Shown: positions 49,120-62,300 of the stretch, piece by piece
Layout of the letters: each line of letters starts with the position of its first letter
How positions within the stretch are numbered: position 1 is the stretch's first letter
NCBI GenBank assembly: GCA_963575745.1
Contig: CAUYUJ010000037.1
Coordinates: 124,001 to 188,000 of the forward strand
DNA: 64,000 nt
Source of the DNA: Prorocentrum cordatum
Lineage: Eukaryota
Reading direction: 5' to 3'
Made by a program: the position numbers and the translations under genes
The notes under the pieces: model-generated
Database searches by the model: none
The model's input: the letters and a program-made list of their open reading frames with translations, nothing else
What the model was told of the DNA's origin: nothing

Positions 49120-49390
49120 CACGGCGACGGCGACGGCGACGGCGACGGCCACGGCCACGAAAACGGTCACGGCCACGGCCACGGCCACGTCCACGAAACG
49201 GCCACGCCCACGGGCACGCCCACGGCCACGGCCACGGCCACGGCCACGGCCACGGCCACGGCCACGGCCACGGCCACGGCCGGCCACGACCACGACCACG
49301 GCCACGGCCACGGCCACGGCCACGGCCACGGCCAAAGCCACGGCTACTGCCACGGCCACGACGGACACGGCCACCGCCAGCTACCGGCAC
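49031..49390 (+). repeat. (GGCCAC)n hexamer minisatellite, second copy
   Basis: Shares rare variants with 47808-48497 (GGAAACAGCCAC, GGCCAAAGCCAC, GGACACGGCCACCGCC). Confidence 0.95.
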
Positions 49391-49792
49391 GGCCTCAGAT
49401 TGTCCGTCCGGGCCGGCTGGGCGAACTAGCTCCACCCCGCGCCGGAATTCCCCTAGCTCATCGATGCCGAAGAGCTCTACGAGGTACTAGCTCCACCCCG
49501 CGCTGGAATTCCTCTAGCTCATCGATGCCGAAGAGCTCTACGAGGTACCAGGTTTGCGCCCAGCTCCTGAGAGCTACTTGGTAGCGCCCAAACCCCGGAG
49601 AGCAAAGAGGAACTCACACCAGAGAGGTTGCCTGCCGAGCGCTGGACAGCTCTCCTACAGCGCTTCTGAAGCACTGCCTGGCACGCTTCCACGCGTGCCT
49701 GCACGCGTGCAGGCACGCGTGGGCGCCTGCCGGAAGCGCTCCCGGACCAGCTGCTGGGTCAAACAACTCCCTGCGGGGATTCTGGAGCGCAA

Positions 49793-50194
49793 CTGGGAAC
49801 CGGCGGTGAACCGTCAACCTGGTTACCGCTGGGGGCCTCGTGGAGCTTTTTTCCCTTGCGCAGGGCTGCTCAGAACACATGGAAAGAGCTTCATCAAGCG
49901 TTAGTTTAAACTCGAAAAATACATGTTTGTTGGTTTTCATCGAAAGTCGGTTCCGCCAAGTGTTTTGATAGTAATACTGCAGCTACGGACAGGAGAATTT
50001 CACTGGCAGACGCGGCACAACCCACTACAGGTGCGAAAAATACCGTTTCTCGGAACGAATGCTCAAATATCTCACAATGTTTTCCCAACCGGCCCAAAGT
50101 TCACACATTGTCCGTCGGGGCCGGGTCGGCCAACTAGCTGCACCCCGCGCCGGAGTTCCTCTAGCTCATCGATGCCGAAGAGCTCTACGAAGTA
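49793..50194 (-). mobile_element. Subfamily 1 element
   Basis: On the plus strand: CTGGG + hairpin + CCTCGTGGAGCT ... GAGCTCTACGAAGTA. Confidence 0.65.
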
Positions 50195-50269
50195 AGATGG
50201 GCTGCTGGCAGGCACCACCACCGCCCGGCTTCTAATCTAAAACCATATTTCTCTCAGAGAGCTCTCCGG

Positions 50270-52450
50270 GAATAGAGCTTTAGATTAGAAGCTGGATGGT
50301 GGTGGTGCCTGCCAGCAGCCCACCTGCGCCGCTCCACGATCCCCGCAGCGACTCGCCGGTCCCGGCAGCGGGTCCGGGAGCGCTTCCGGCACGCGTCCAA
50401 GCGTGCCTGCACGCGTGCAGGCACGCGTCGAAGCGTGCCTTGCAGCGCCTCAGAAGCGCTTCAGAGGAGCGCCCTCTTCGCTCTCAGGGTAACTCGTAGA
50501 GCTTCCCTTAGCTAGTTGCTGGAAGGTCAAGAGTAATACCTCGTAGAGCTTGTCGGCATCGATGAGCTAGAGGAATTCTGGCGTGGGGTGGAGCTAGTTC
50601 CCGGAGAGCTCACTGAGAGCTAGAGGGTTTTGGATTTGAAGCTGGACGGTCGTGGTGCCTGCCAGCAGCCCATCTTCGCCGCTCCAGAGTCCTCGCAGCA
50701 ACTCGTTTGTCCCGGCGGCCCGTCCGGGAGCGTTTCCGGCTTGCGTCCACGCGCGCCTGCACGCGTGCAGGCTCGCATGGAAGCGTGCTTGGCAGTGCTT
50801 CAGAAGCGCTTCAGGAGAGTCCCCAGAGCTCCCGAGGAAAGATTTCCCGTTCCCGAGGGTCTTTTCGCTTTCGGGGTTTTTCCCGGGGAGCCCCCTGGGA
50901 GCTATAGGGTTTCAGATGAAAAGCCAGACGTACTGGTGCCCGCCAGCAGCCTACCTCCGCCGCTCCACGATCCTCGCAGCAACTCGCTCGTCCCGGCAGC
51001 CCGTCCGGGAGCGCTTCTGGCACGCGTCCACGCGTGCCTGCACGCGAGCTGGCACGCGTTGAAGCGTGCGTGGCAGCGCTTCCGAAGCGCTTCAGAGGAG
51101 CGCCCTCTTCGCTCTCCGGGTTTTACCTCGTGGAGCTCTTTGTCATCGATGAGCTAGAGGAATTCCGGCGCGGGGTGGAGCTAGTTCCCGGGGAGCTCTC
51201 TGGGGGCTACAGAGTGTTAGATTGGAAGCTGGACGGTGGTGGTGCCTGCCAGCAGCTCCCCCACGGCGCTCCACGTTCGTTGCAGCGAGTTGCCCGGGGT
51301 CGCAGCGGGTCCGGGAGCGGTTCCGGCACGCGTCCACGCGTGCCCGCACGCGTGCAGGCACGCATGGAGGCGTGCCCGGCAGAGCTCCAGAAGCGCTTCA
51401 GAAGCGCTTCCACTTCGCTCTCCGGGTTTCGGACGCTACCAAGTACCTTGTAGAGCTCTTCGGCAAGATGAGTTAAGAGGAATACCTCGTAGAGCTCCTT
51501 GGCAAGATTCCCGGAGAGCTCTCTGAGAGCTAGAAGGTTTTAGATTAGAAGCCAGACGGTGGTGGTGCCTGCCAGCAGCCCATCTTCGCCGCTCCAGAGT
51601 CTTCGCAGCGACTCGTCCAGGGTCGCAGCGGGTCCGGGAGCGCTTCCGGCACGCGTCCACGCCTGCCTGGACGCGTGTAGGCACGCGTGGAAGCGTGCTT
51701 GGCAGTGCTTCAGAACCGCTTCGGGAGAGCCCCCAGAGCTCCCTGGGAAAGACTGGGCCGTCAACCAGGTAACCGCCGGGGACCTCGTAGAGCTCTTACC
51801 TCGTAGAGCTTTTCGGCATCGATGAGCTAGAGGAATTCCGGCGCGGGGTGGAGCTAGTTGGTAGACCCGGCCCAGGCGGACAAAGTGTTAACTTTTGGTC
51901 GGTTTTTCCCGGAGGGCTCTCTGAGAGCTTGAGGGTTTTAGATTAGAGACCGGGCGGTGGTGGTGCCCGCCAGCAGCCCATCTCCGCCGCTCCACGATCC
52001 CCGCAGCGCCTCGCCCGTCCCGGCAGCTGGTCCGGGAGCGCTTCCGGCAAGCGTCGACGCGTGCCTGCACGCGTGCAGGCACGCGTGGAAGCGTTCCTGA
52101 CAGCGCTTCGGAAGCGCTGCAGGGAGGCCCCCCAGAGCTCTCCAGGAAAGATTCTGTCCCCAAGAGTCTCTTCGCTGACCGGGTTTTGGACGCTACCAAG
52201 TTCCCGGAGAGCTCTCTGAGAGCTAGAGGGCTTTAGATTAGAAGCCGGACGGTGGTGGTGCCCGCCAGCAGCCCATCTCCGCCGCTCCACGATCCCCGCA
52301 GCACCTCGCCTGTCCCGGCAGCGGGTCCAGGGGCGCTTTCCACGCGTGCCTGCACGCGTGCAGGCACGCGTGGAAGCGTTCCTGGCAGCGCTTCAGACGC
52401 GCTGCCCCCAGCTCTCTACGAAAGATTTTCCCTCCCCAACGGTCTCTTCG
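50270..52450 (+). repeat. Tandem ~300-bp module containing a long perfect palindrome
   Basis: GAGAGCTAGAGGGTTTTAGATTAGAAGCC...GGTGGTGCCTGCCAGCAGCCC...ACGCGTGCCTGCACGCGTGCAGGCACGCGT repeated about 7 times; further copies at ~53.4 and 55.4 kb. Confidence 0.85.
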
Positions 52451-53651
52451 CTCTGGGTTTTGGACGGCAGCTACAGAGCTGATACGCACAGAAAACGATG
52501 CAGAATAATCAGGCGCGTTGGTCTGTTGCATCCAGAGTTCTGAACTCGGTCTGCTACTAGGTCACCGAAACTGTTCTTATCGTTCGAGTCATCTTGAGAG
52601 GTGCTGCCGGTTTTCGCACGTAACTCGGGCTGTAGGACAGATACAGAGCTGATACACGCAGAGAATGATTCGAAATTATCATGCGCGTTCGTCTGTTACA
52701 TCTAGAGGTCCCAACTGGGCTTGCTACTCGGGCTAGGTCCGCAAAACTATTCGTATTCTTCGAGTCATCTTGACAGATGTTGTCCATTTTCTGTATTGAA
52801 CTCGGGCTGTAGGAGAGCTACAGAGCTGGTGCGTACAGAAACCGATCGAGAATCAGGAGCGTTCGTCTGTTGCATCGAGAGGTCTGAACTCGGTCTGCTA
52901 CCCGAGCTAGGTTCACAAAATTATTCGTATTCGACCGATATTTTCTTCCAAATGATGGTGAATTGCTTAGCTGAACTCGAGCGGCCGAAAAATCAGAAGG
53001 AAATCATGAGGCGTGAAGTTCTCCCTAATGGTATTTTCTACACGCTGCAGATGAGATAGAACTGTTGAGCACAGCGATGGGATATCACTAGACGCCGGAG
53101 ATCAGTCTGCTAGCAGCCCGGGCTGAAAAACTATTCGTTCTCTGCTAATACTTGGGACATCATGCATGGTCAGGAAGCTCTACGAGTCCCCCGGCGGTAA
53201 GAAAGGTTGCCGGTTTACCGCCGGCGCCCAGTTGGACGCTACCAAGTGAGGTAAGACGCATTCGGGTGCAGAATGGAACTAGTAATTCGTAGAGCTTTGC
53301 TAAGCTAGTTGCTGGAAGCTTAAGAGTACCTCGCAGAGCTCTTTGGCATCGATGAGCTAGAGGAATTCCGGTGCGGGGTGGAGCTAGTTGGTCGACCCGA
53401 CCAGAAAGGACAATGTTCCCCGAGAGCTCTCTGAAAGCTACAGGGTTTAAGATACGAGGCCGCACGGTGGTGGTGCAAGCCAGCAGCCCATCTTCGCCGC
53501 TCCAGAATCCCCGCAGGGCTTGTTCGCCCCGGCACCCTGTCTGGGGTCGCTTCAGGCACTGTTCCACGCGAGCCTGCGCGTGGTGGGAGAATACCTAGTG
53601 GCGCGTGAGAAGCGCGTCAGGGGGGCTTCCCAGCGCCTGTCAGGAAAAGTG

Positions 53652-54160
53652 CACCTCGTAGAGCTCTTCGGCAAGATGAGCTACGAGGAATTCGGGCGCA
53701 GGATGGAGCTAGTTGGCCGACCCGACCTTAAGAGACAATGTGATAACTTGGGGTCGGTTTTTTTTGAATCTTTGTGCAAAATTCGAAAATTCGTTTTAAG
53801 AACTGGTGATTTTCCCACGTGTAGTGGGTGATGCCGCGTCTGCCAGTAAAATTCTCAGGTCCGTAGATGGAATATGACTATCAAAACACTTGAGGGAACA
53901 GACTGTGTTCCGAGTCATCCTGACACGCGTTGGCGGTTTTCGGGCGCGTTCTTTCCTCGCATCGAGAGGTCTGAACTCGGTCTGGTACTCGAGCTAGGTC
54001 CACGAAACGAAGATGCAAAATGGTAAAATACTTATTTTTCGAACTTGTTTCTTCACGCTTGAGAAAGCTTTTTTCGTGCGTTCCGAGCAGCGCCGCGCGA
54101 AACAGAGCTCTACGAGGCTCCCGGCGGTTACCTTTCTAACGGTTTACCGCCGGATCCCAG
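53652..54160 (+). mobile_element. Subfamily 1 element
   Basis: CACCTCGTAGAGCTC ... GAGCTCTACGAGGCTC + hairpin + ATCCCAG. Confidence 0.65.
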
Positions 54161-56621
54161 TCCAGAGCTGCCTCTTCGCTATCTGGGTTTTGGACGCTAC
54201 CAAGTGGCCGACCCGGCCCAGGCGGACAATATGACAACTTTTTGTCAGTTCTGCTAAGATTTGAAAGATATTTGACAATTGATTTTGAGAAATCAGATTT
54301 TTGCGCCAAGCATACGCATATAAGCTTCGTACCTCGTAGATCTCGTCGGCAACGATGAGCTAAAGGAATTCTGGGTCGAAAAAATAATAAACAAGTAAAT
54401 GAAAAATCTGTCGAATACAATAGATTTGCGGACCCAACTCAAGTAGCAGACTAAGTTCAGGCTCTAGATGCTTGCGACGCACGCGCCTGATGATTATCGA
54501 TCGATTACATGGGCGTAACACCTTTGTAGCCCCCCCCCCACAGCTCGAGTTAAGTACAGAAACCCAACAGGACCTGTCAAGATGACTCGAAGAAGACGAA
54601 CTGTTTCGCGGATCTAGCTCGAGACGCAAACCGATTTCAGATCTTTCGACACAACAGACGAACGCGCCTTACGATTCTCGATCGATTCGTCTGCGTTCCA
54701 GCTCAGTAGCACTCCTACAGCCCGAGTGAAGTACAGGAACCGACAGCGTCTGTCAAGATCACTCGTATAATACGAACAGTTTCGCGGATCTAGCTCGAGT
54801 AGCAAGCCGAGCTCAGACCTCTTGGGGGAACAGACGAACGTGCCTGATGATTCTGATTCGGTTTCTGTAAGCATCAGCGCTGTAGCTTCCTAAATCTCGA
54901 GTTGAGTAAAGAAAACCGTCAACGCGTGTCAAGATGACTCGAAACGGTCGACGGTTCCCTCCAGTCCTTTGATAATAATATTGCAGCTACGGACCTGATA
55001 ATTTCACAGCCGCGCGCGCAATTACCCACTACAGCTGGGAAACATACTTGCTCTTGAAACGAATTTTCAAATGTACACAAAGATAGAAAAACCGGCCCGA
55101 AGTCATCACATTGTCTCTTAAGGTCGGGTCGGCCAACTAGCTCCACTCTGCGCCCGAATTCCTCTTGGCTCCTCTTGCCGGAGAGCTCTACGAGGTAAGA
55201 GGCACTTGCAGAAACACAGCACACGCACGTGGCTCAGCATGCGCGGAGACGTTGGAAATCTTGCGAGACAGAGCTCTCGGGCCGCTGGAAAGCTTCCCCA
55301 CGTTCCTGTATGCTCTGGACAAGCTGTCCTCCACATCTCCGGACGCTCCCCTGCAGCGCTTCTGAAGCGCTGCCAGGAACGCTTCCACGCGTGCCTGCAC
55401 GCAAGCTATTTTCCCGGAGAGCTCTCTGAGAGCTAGAGGGTTTTAGATTAGAAGCCCGACGGTGGTGGCGCCCGCAAGGAGCCCATCTCCGCCGCTCCAC
55501 GATCCCCGCAGCGAGTTGCCGGTGCCGGCAGCGGGTTCGGGGGCGCTTCCAGCACGCATCCACGGGGGCCTACAAGCGTGCAGGCACGCTTGGAAGCGTT
55601 CCCGGCAGCGCTTCAGCAGCGCTTCTGGGGAGCCCCCCAGCGCTCTCCAGGAAAGATTTCCCGTTCCAGAGGTTCTTCGCTCTCCGGGTTTATTTCCCGG
55701 AGAGCTCTCTGAGAGCTACAGGGTTTTAGACGGGGAACCGACGGTAAACCGTCAACCAGGTTTCCGCCGGGACCCTCGTAGAGCTCTTTTCTCACACGGC
55801 GCTTCTCGTTAAGAATGAAGAAAACGTCTTGATCAAAACCGACATACTCGAAAAATCACGTTTATCTGTTTTTATACAACGTCGGTTCCCCCATGTGTTT
55901 TGATAGTAATACTGCAGCTACGGACCTGAAAACTTTACTGGCAGACGCAGCATAACCCACTACAGGTGGGAAAAATCTGGCTTCTCAAAATGAGTTGTCA
56001 AATATCTCTCAAATCACAGCAAAACCGACCCAAAGTCACCACTTTGTCTCGTAAGGCCGGGTCGACCAACTAGCTCCAGCCCGCGCGGGAATTCCTCTAG
56101 CTCATCGATGGTACCGGCGGTAAACCGTCAACCAGATTACCGCCGGAGCCCTCGTAGAGCTCTTTTCTCGCACGGAGCTGCTCGGCACACATGCAGGTAG
56201 AGTCTGGAAGAAGAGCCAAAAAAACTCGAATCAACACGTTTTTTTGTTTTTATCCAAAGACGGTTCCGCCAAGTGTTTTGATAGTAACACTGCACCTGCA
56301 GACCTGAGAATTTGACTGGCGAACGCGAAATAACCCACTGCAGGTGCGAACAATACCAGATCTCAAAACGAATGTTCAAATCTCTCACAAAATTCGTCCA
56401 ACCGACCCAAAGTTCGCACATTGTCCGTCGGGGCCGGGTCGGCGAACTAGCTGCACCCCGCGCCCGAATTCCTCTAGCTCATCGATGCCAAGGAGCTCTA
56501 CGAGGTATGCCGAAGAGCTCTACGAGGTATTAGAAGCCGGGCGGTGGTGGTGCCTGCAGCCCATCTTCGCCGCTGCAGAATCCCCCAGAGAGTTGTAACT
56601 CGCAGAGCTTCCCTTAGCTAG

Positions 56622-57011
56622 TACCTCGTCGAGCTCTTCGTTATCAATGAGCTAGAAGAATTCTGGCGCGGGGTGGAGCTAGTTGGTCGATCCGGCCAGA
56701 AAGAAGATGTGACAACTTGGGGTCGGTTTTGCTAAGATTTGAAGGATATTTAACAATTCATTTTCAAAAACAAGATTTTTCGCACCTGTAGACGACTGTG
56801 AGGACCTCTGCGTCTTAATATGAGCTCTGCAGCTGGACTTTTACTATCAAAGCACTTGGCGAAACCAACTTTATGTCGACATGAACATAATGAATGTTCA
56901 TTTTTTTGAGAAATTATCGAGAAGCTCTGCCCTTCGACTCTCAGCACTATCACGCGTGGAAGGAGCTCTACGCCGGCGGTGACCAGGTTGACGGTTCACC
57001 GCCGGCGCCAG
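56622..57011 (+). mobile_element. Subfamily 1 element
   Basis: TACCTCGTCGAGCTC ... GAGCTCTACG + hairpin + CGCCAG. Confidence 0.65.
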
Positions 57012-58120
57012 TTGCTGGAAGCTTAAGAGTAATTCCGGGGCGCTGGAGAGCTAGTTGACAAGAAAAATATCGACGGACCGTCGGTTGAAACTTTTGTTCT
57101 CGAAACTCAAAAATTCGTTCGAGCTCTAGTATTTTTTTCTGACCACATTCGATCTTATTCCCGCTCGCCATCTTGATCTTAGCCCGATCGGGTATCTTTT
57201 ACTGCTAAAAAGCGTTGCGGCGGGATTGGCCGTTTCGAGTCATCTTGACACGCGTTAACCGTTCTTTGTACTTAACCCGAGTTATAGAGGAGCTACAGAG
57301 CAGATGCTCGCAGAAACCGATTCATAATTAGCAGGCGCGTTCGTCAGTTGCATATAGAGGTCTGAGATCGGTCTGCTGCTCGAGCTAGGTCCACGAAACC
57401 GAGCTAAGTCGCGAAACTATTCGTATTCTACGATCTTCCTTGGCGGATACTGTCAATTTTCGGTGCTGTAGGAGAGCTACAGTTCTAATACGCATAAGTA
57501 ACTATTCAGAATCATCGCGCGCGTCGGTCAGCTGCATCCAGAGGTCTGATTTTGGTCTGCTACTCGAGCTAGGTATGGGAAACTATTCGCGTTATTCGAG
57601 TGATCGTGACAGGTTCTGTAGGTTTTGAATACTTAACTCGGGCTGTAGAAACAATTTAGAGCTGGCACCCATAGACACTAATTCAGAACAGGTGCGCTTG
57701 TCTGTTCCATCGAGAGGTCTGAACTAGGTCTGCTACTAGCCAGGTCCGCAAAAACATTCGAGTTATATGAACAGGGGCTGTTGGTGTTTTGTACGTAACT
57801 CGAGCTTCAGCACAGCTACAGAGCTTGTACACACATATAATTGATTCAGAATCACAGGCGCGTTCAGCTGAAGCATCTAGAGCTCTGCTAGGTCACAAAC
57901 CGATTCGTATTGGACCAATTTTTCTCCGAAGCGACGGTGGATTTCTTTACACAACTTGAGAGCTCTTTGGCACATAAATGAAATGGAAATCATAAGGCGC
58001 CGCTTGGCTGGATCTGTTCAGCACAACAATGGGAAAGGAATTATCAGCGGCAATAGTATATAGACGCCTGAGATCAGTCTGCTATCAGCGCTCGGGCTAA
58101 AGAAACATTCGTGCCCTGCA

Positions 58121-59343
58121 CTGGGCGCCGGCGGTAAACCGTCAACCTTTCTTACCGCCGGGGGACTCGTAGAGCTTCCTGACAACATATAATGTCGAAA
58201 ACAATTACACAGAAAAAATATTTTTTCAGCCCAAGCAATTTCAGACCTCTCGGATGCAACAGCCGAACGCCCCCGATGCTTCTGGATTGTCTTCTGTACG
58301 AGCTCTGTAGCTCTCCTACAGCCCGAGTTACGTGCGTAAATCGACAGCACCTCTCAAGATGACTCGAACAATACGAATAGTTTGGCAAACCTAGCTCGAG
58401 TATCAGACCGAGTTCAGACCTCTGCATGCGACAGGCGGACGCGTCTGATGTCTCTGCATCGATTCCTGTGATTACCAGCCTGCAGCCCCCCCTACGGCCC
58501 GAGTTAAGTGCAGGAAACCGACAGCACCTCTCAGGATGACTCGAACAATACGAATAGTTTCGCGGACCTAAGTCGGGCAGCAGACAGAGTTCGGAGCTCT
58601 GGATTCGAAAGGCGGACGCGCCTGATGTCTCCGAATCGATTCCAGTGATTACCAGCCATGCAGCCCCCCTACAGCCCGAGTTAAGTGCAGAGAACCGACA
58701 GCAGCATCTCTCAAGATGACTCGAACAATACGAATAGTTTCGCGATTCTAGATCGGGCAGCAGACCGAGTTCAGAGCTCTGGATTCAACAGACAACGGCC
58801 ACTGATAATTCTGAATTGGATTCTGTACGTATCAGCTCTGTAGCTGTCCTGTAGCTCGAGTTAAGTACAGAAAACCGAGAGCGTCTGTCAAGATGACTCG
58901 AATAATACGAATAGGTTTGCGGACCTAGCTCGGCTAGCAGACCGAGTTCAGACCTCTGGGTTCAACAGGCGAACGCGCCTGATCATTCTGAATCGATTAG
59001 CTGTGCTTACCAGCTCTGTAGCTGTCCTAAAGCTCGAGTTATCTTGAGAAAACCGTCATTGCGTGACAAGATGACCCGAAACGGGCGATCCCGCCGCAGT
59101 GCTTCTTGGCAGTAAAAGGTACCGGATCGAGCTGAGATCTAGATGGCGAGCGGGAATAAGATCGAATATCACGGAAAAATACTAGAGCTCTAACGAATGG
59201 TTGAATTTCGAGAACAAAATTTTCAACCAACCAAAAATCACCAAAAGGTCCGTCGAGATTTTTCTTGCCAACTAGCTCTCCAGCGCCCCGGAATTACTCT
59301 TAAGCTTCCAGCAATAACTTGCTGAGGGAAGCTCTACGAGTTA
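58121..59343 (-). mobile_element. Subfamily 2 element (1.2 kb) carrying ~178-bp tandem monomers; first of several tandem copies
   Basis: Minus strand: TAACTCGTAGAGCTTCC ... GGAAGCTCTACGAGT + hairpin + CGCCCAG. Further copies start at 59351, 60521, 60930 and ~62548. Confidence 0.7.
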
Positions 59344-62300
59344 CCCTGCACTGGGCGCCGGCGGTAAACCGTCAACCTTTCTTACCGCCGGGGGACTCGT
59401 AGAGCTTCCTGACAATATATAATATGGAAAAGAATTGTAGAGAACGAATAGTTTTTCAGACCTTTCGATGCAACAGCCGAACGCCCCTGATTTTGGATTC
59501 TCTTCTATACGAGCTCTGTAGCTTCTACAGCCCGAGTTACGTGCGTAAATCGATAGCACATTTCAAGATGACTCGAACAATACGAATAGATCAACAAACC
59601 TAGCTCGAGTATCAGACCAGGTTCAGAGCTCTGAATGCAATAGTGGGACGCGTCTGATGTCCCCGAATCGATTCCTGTGATTACCAGCCCTGCAGCCATC
59701 CTACAGCCCGAGTTAAGTGCAGAAAACCGACAGCGACTCTCAAGATGACTCGAACAATACGAATAGTTTCGCGGACCTAGCTCGGGCAGCAGACCGAGTT
59801 CCGAGCTCTGGATTCGACAGAAGGACGCACCTCCTATCTCCGAATCGATCCCTGAGATTACGAGCCCTTAGTTTCCCTACAGCCTGAGTTCAGTACAGCA
59901 AACCGACAGCATCTCTCAAGATGACACGAACAATACAAACAGATTCGCAATTCTAGATCGGGCACCAGACCGAGTTCAGAGCTCTGGATTCAATGGACAC
60001 CGCGACTGATGATTATGAATCAGTTTCTGTAAGTATCAGCTCTGTAGCTGTCGTATAGCTCGAGTTAAGTACAAGAAACCGAGAGCGTCTGTCAAGATGA
60101 CTCGAATAATACGAATAGGTTTGCGCATCTAGCTCGGCTAGCAGATCGGGTTCAGACCTCTGGATGGAACAGGCGAACGCGCCTAATCATTCTGCATCGA
60201 TTAGCTGTGCTTACCAGCTGTTTAGCTGTCCTAAAGCTGGAGTTATCTTGAGAAAACCGTCATTGCGTGACAAGATGGCCCGAAACGGGCGATCGCGCCG
60301 CAGTGCTTTTTGGCAGTAATATCTACCCGGTCGATAAGAGATCAATGCGCCGAGCGGGAATAAGATCGAATATCACGGGAAAAAACACTTAGAGCTCTAA
60401 TGAATATTTGGAGAGAACAAAATTTTCAACCGACCAAAAGTCACCAAAAGCTTCGTCGAGATTTTTCTTGCCAACTAGCTCTCCAGCGCCCCGGAATTAC
60501 TCTTAAGCTTCCAGCAACAACTGGGCGCAGGCGATAAACCGTCAACCTTTCTTACCGCCGGGGGACTCGTAGAGCTTCCTAACAATATATATATAATGAC
60601 GAAGAAAAATTGCAGAGAAATAAAAGTTTTTCAGCCCAAGCGATTTCAGACCTTTCGATACAACAGTCAAACGCCCCTGATTTTGGATTCTCTTCTATAC
60701 GAGCTCTGTAGCTCTCTTACAGCCCGAGTTACGTGCGAAAATCGACAGCACCTCTCAAGATGTCTCGAACAATACGAATAGTTCAACAAACCTAGCTCGA
60801 GTATCAGACTGAGTTCAGACCTCTGAATGCAATAGTGAGACGCGTCTGTAACGCCGAATCGATTTCTGTGATTACCAGCCCTGCAGCCCCCCTGCAGCCC
60901 GAGTGAAGTGCAGAAGCTTCCAGCAACAACTGGGCGCCGGCGGTAAACCGTCAACCTTGGTTACCGCCGGGGGACTCGTAGAGCTTCCTCACAGTAACTC
61001 ATGTGGAAAAAGATTGTTGAGAACGAATAATTTTTCAGCCCAAGCGATCTCAGACCTCTCGATGCAACAGCCGAACGCCCCGGATGCTTCTGCATTGTCT
61101 TCTGTACGGGCTCTGAAGCTCTCCTACAGCCCGAGTTACGTGCGTGAATCGACAGCACCTTTCAAGATGACTCGAACAATACGAATAGTTCGGCAAACCT
61201 AGCTCGAGTATCAGACCGAGTTCAGACCTCTGCATGCGACAGGCGGACGCGTCTGATGTCTCTGAATCGATTCCTGTGATTACCAGCCCTGCAGCCCCCC
61301 CCACAGCCCGAGTTAAGTGCAGGAAACCCACAGCACCTCTCAGGATGACTCGAACAATACGGTTAGTTTCGCAGACCTAGTCAGTAGACAGAGTTCGGAG
61401 CTCTGGATTCGAACGGCGGACGCGCCTGCTGTCTCCGAATCGATTCCAGTGATTACCAGACATGCAGCCCCCCTACAGCTCGAGTTAAGTGCAGAGAACC
61501 GACAGCATCTCTCAAGATGACTCGAACAATACGAATAATTTCGCGGTTCTAGATCGGGCAGCAGACCGAGTTCAGAGCTCTGGATTCAACAGACAACGGC
61601 CACTGATGCTTCTGAATCGAATTCAGCTCTGTAGCTGTCATATAGCTCGAGGTAAGTACCGAAAACCGAGAGCGTCTGTCAAGATGACTCGAATAATACC
61701 AATAGGTTTACGGACCTAGCTTGGATAGCAGACCGAGTTCAGACCTCTGGGTTCAACAGGCGAACGCGCCTGATCATTCTGAATCGATTAGCTGTGCTTA
61801 CCAGCTCTGTAGCTCTTCTATAGCTCGAGTTATGTTCAGAAAACCGCCACCGCCTGTCAAGATCACTCGAAACGGCCGATCCCGCCGGAGTGCTTTTTGG
61901 CAGTAAAAGGTACCCGATCGAGCTGAGATCAAGATCGCGAGCGGGAATAAGATCGAATATCACGGGAAAAAATACAAGAGCTCTAACGAATAGTTGAATT
62001 TCGAGAACTTGGCAGCGTTCAAAACCCGGAGAGCGAAGAGACCCTCGAGACAGGAAAAATGTTCTAGAGACCTCTGCCGGGCTCCCTTGAAGCGTTTCGA
62101 GAGCGCTGCCAAGTACGCTTCCATGCGTGCCTGCACGCGTGCAGGCACGCCTAAAGTGCTTCGAAAGCGCTGCCAGGTACGCGTCCATGCGCGCCTGCAC
62201 CCGTGCAGGCACGCGTCGACGCGTGCCAGAAACTCTCCAGGATTCGCTGCGACCCCAAACGAACTGGCGCGGGCGGTGAACCGTCAACCTCGTCACCGCC

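Noticed and set aside
47241..49584. PR/AT/HG dipeptide-repeat ORFs
   Set aside because: Translations of the (GGCCAC)n and GAG tracts in all frames.
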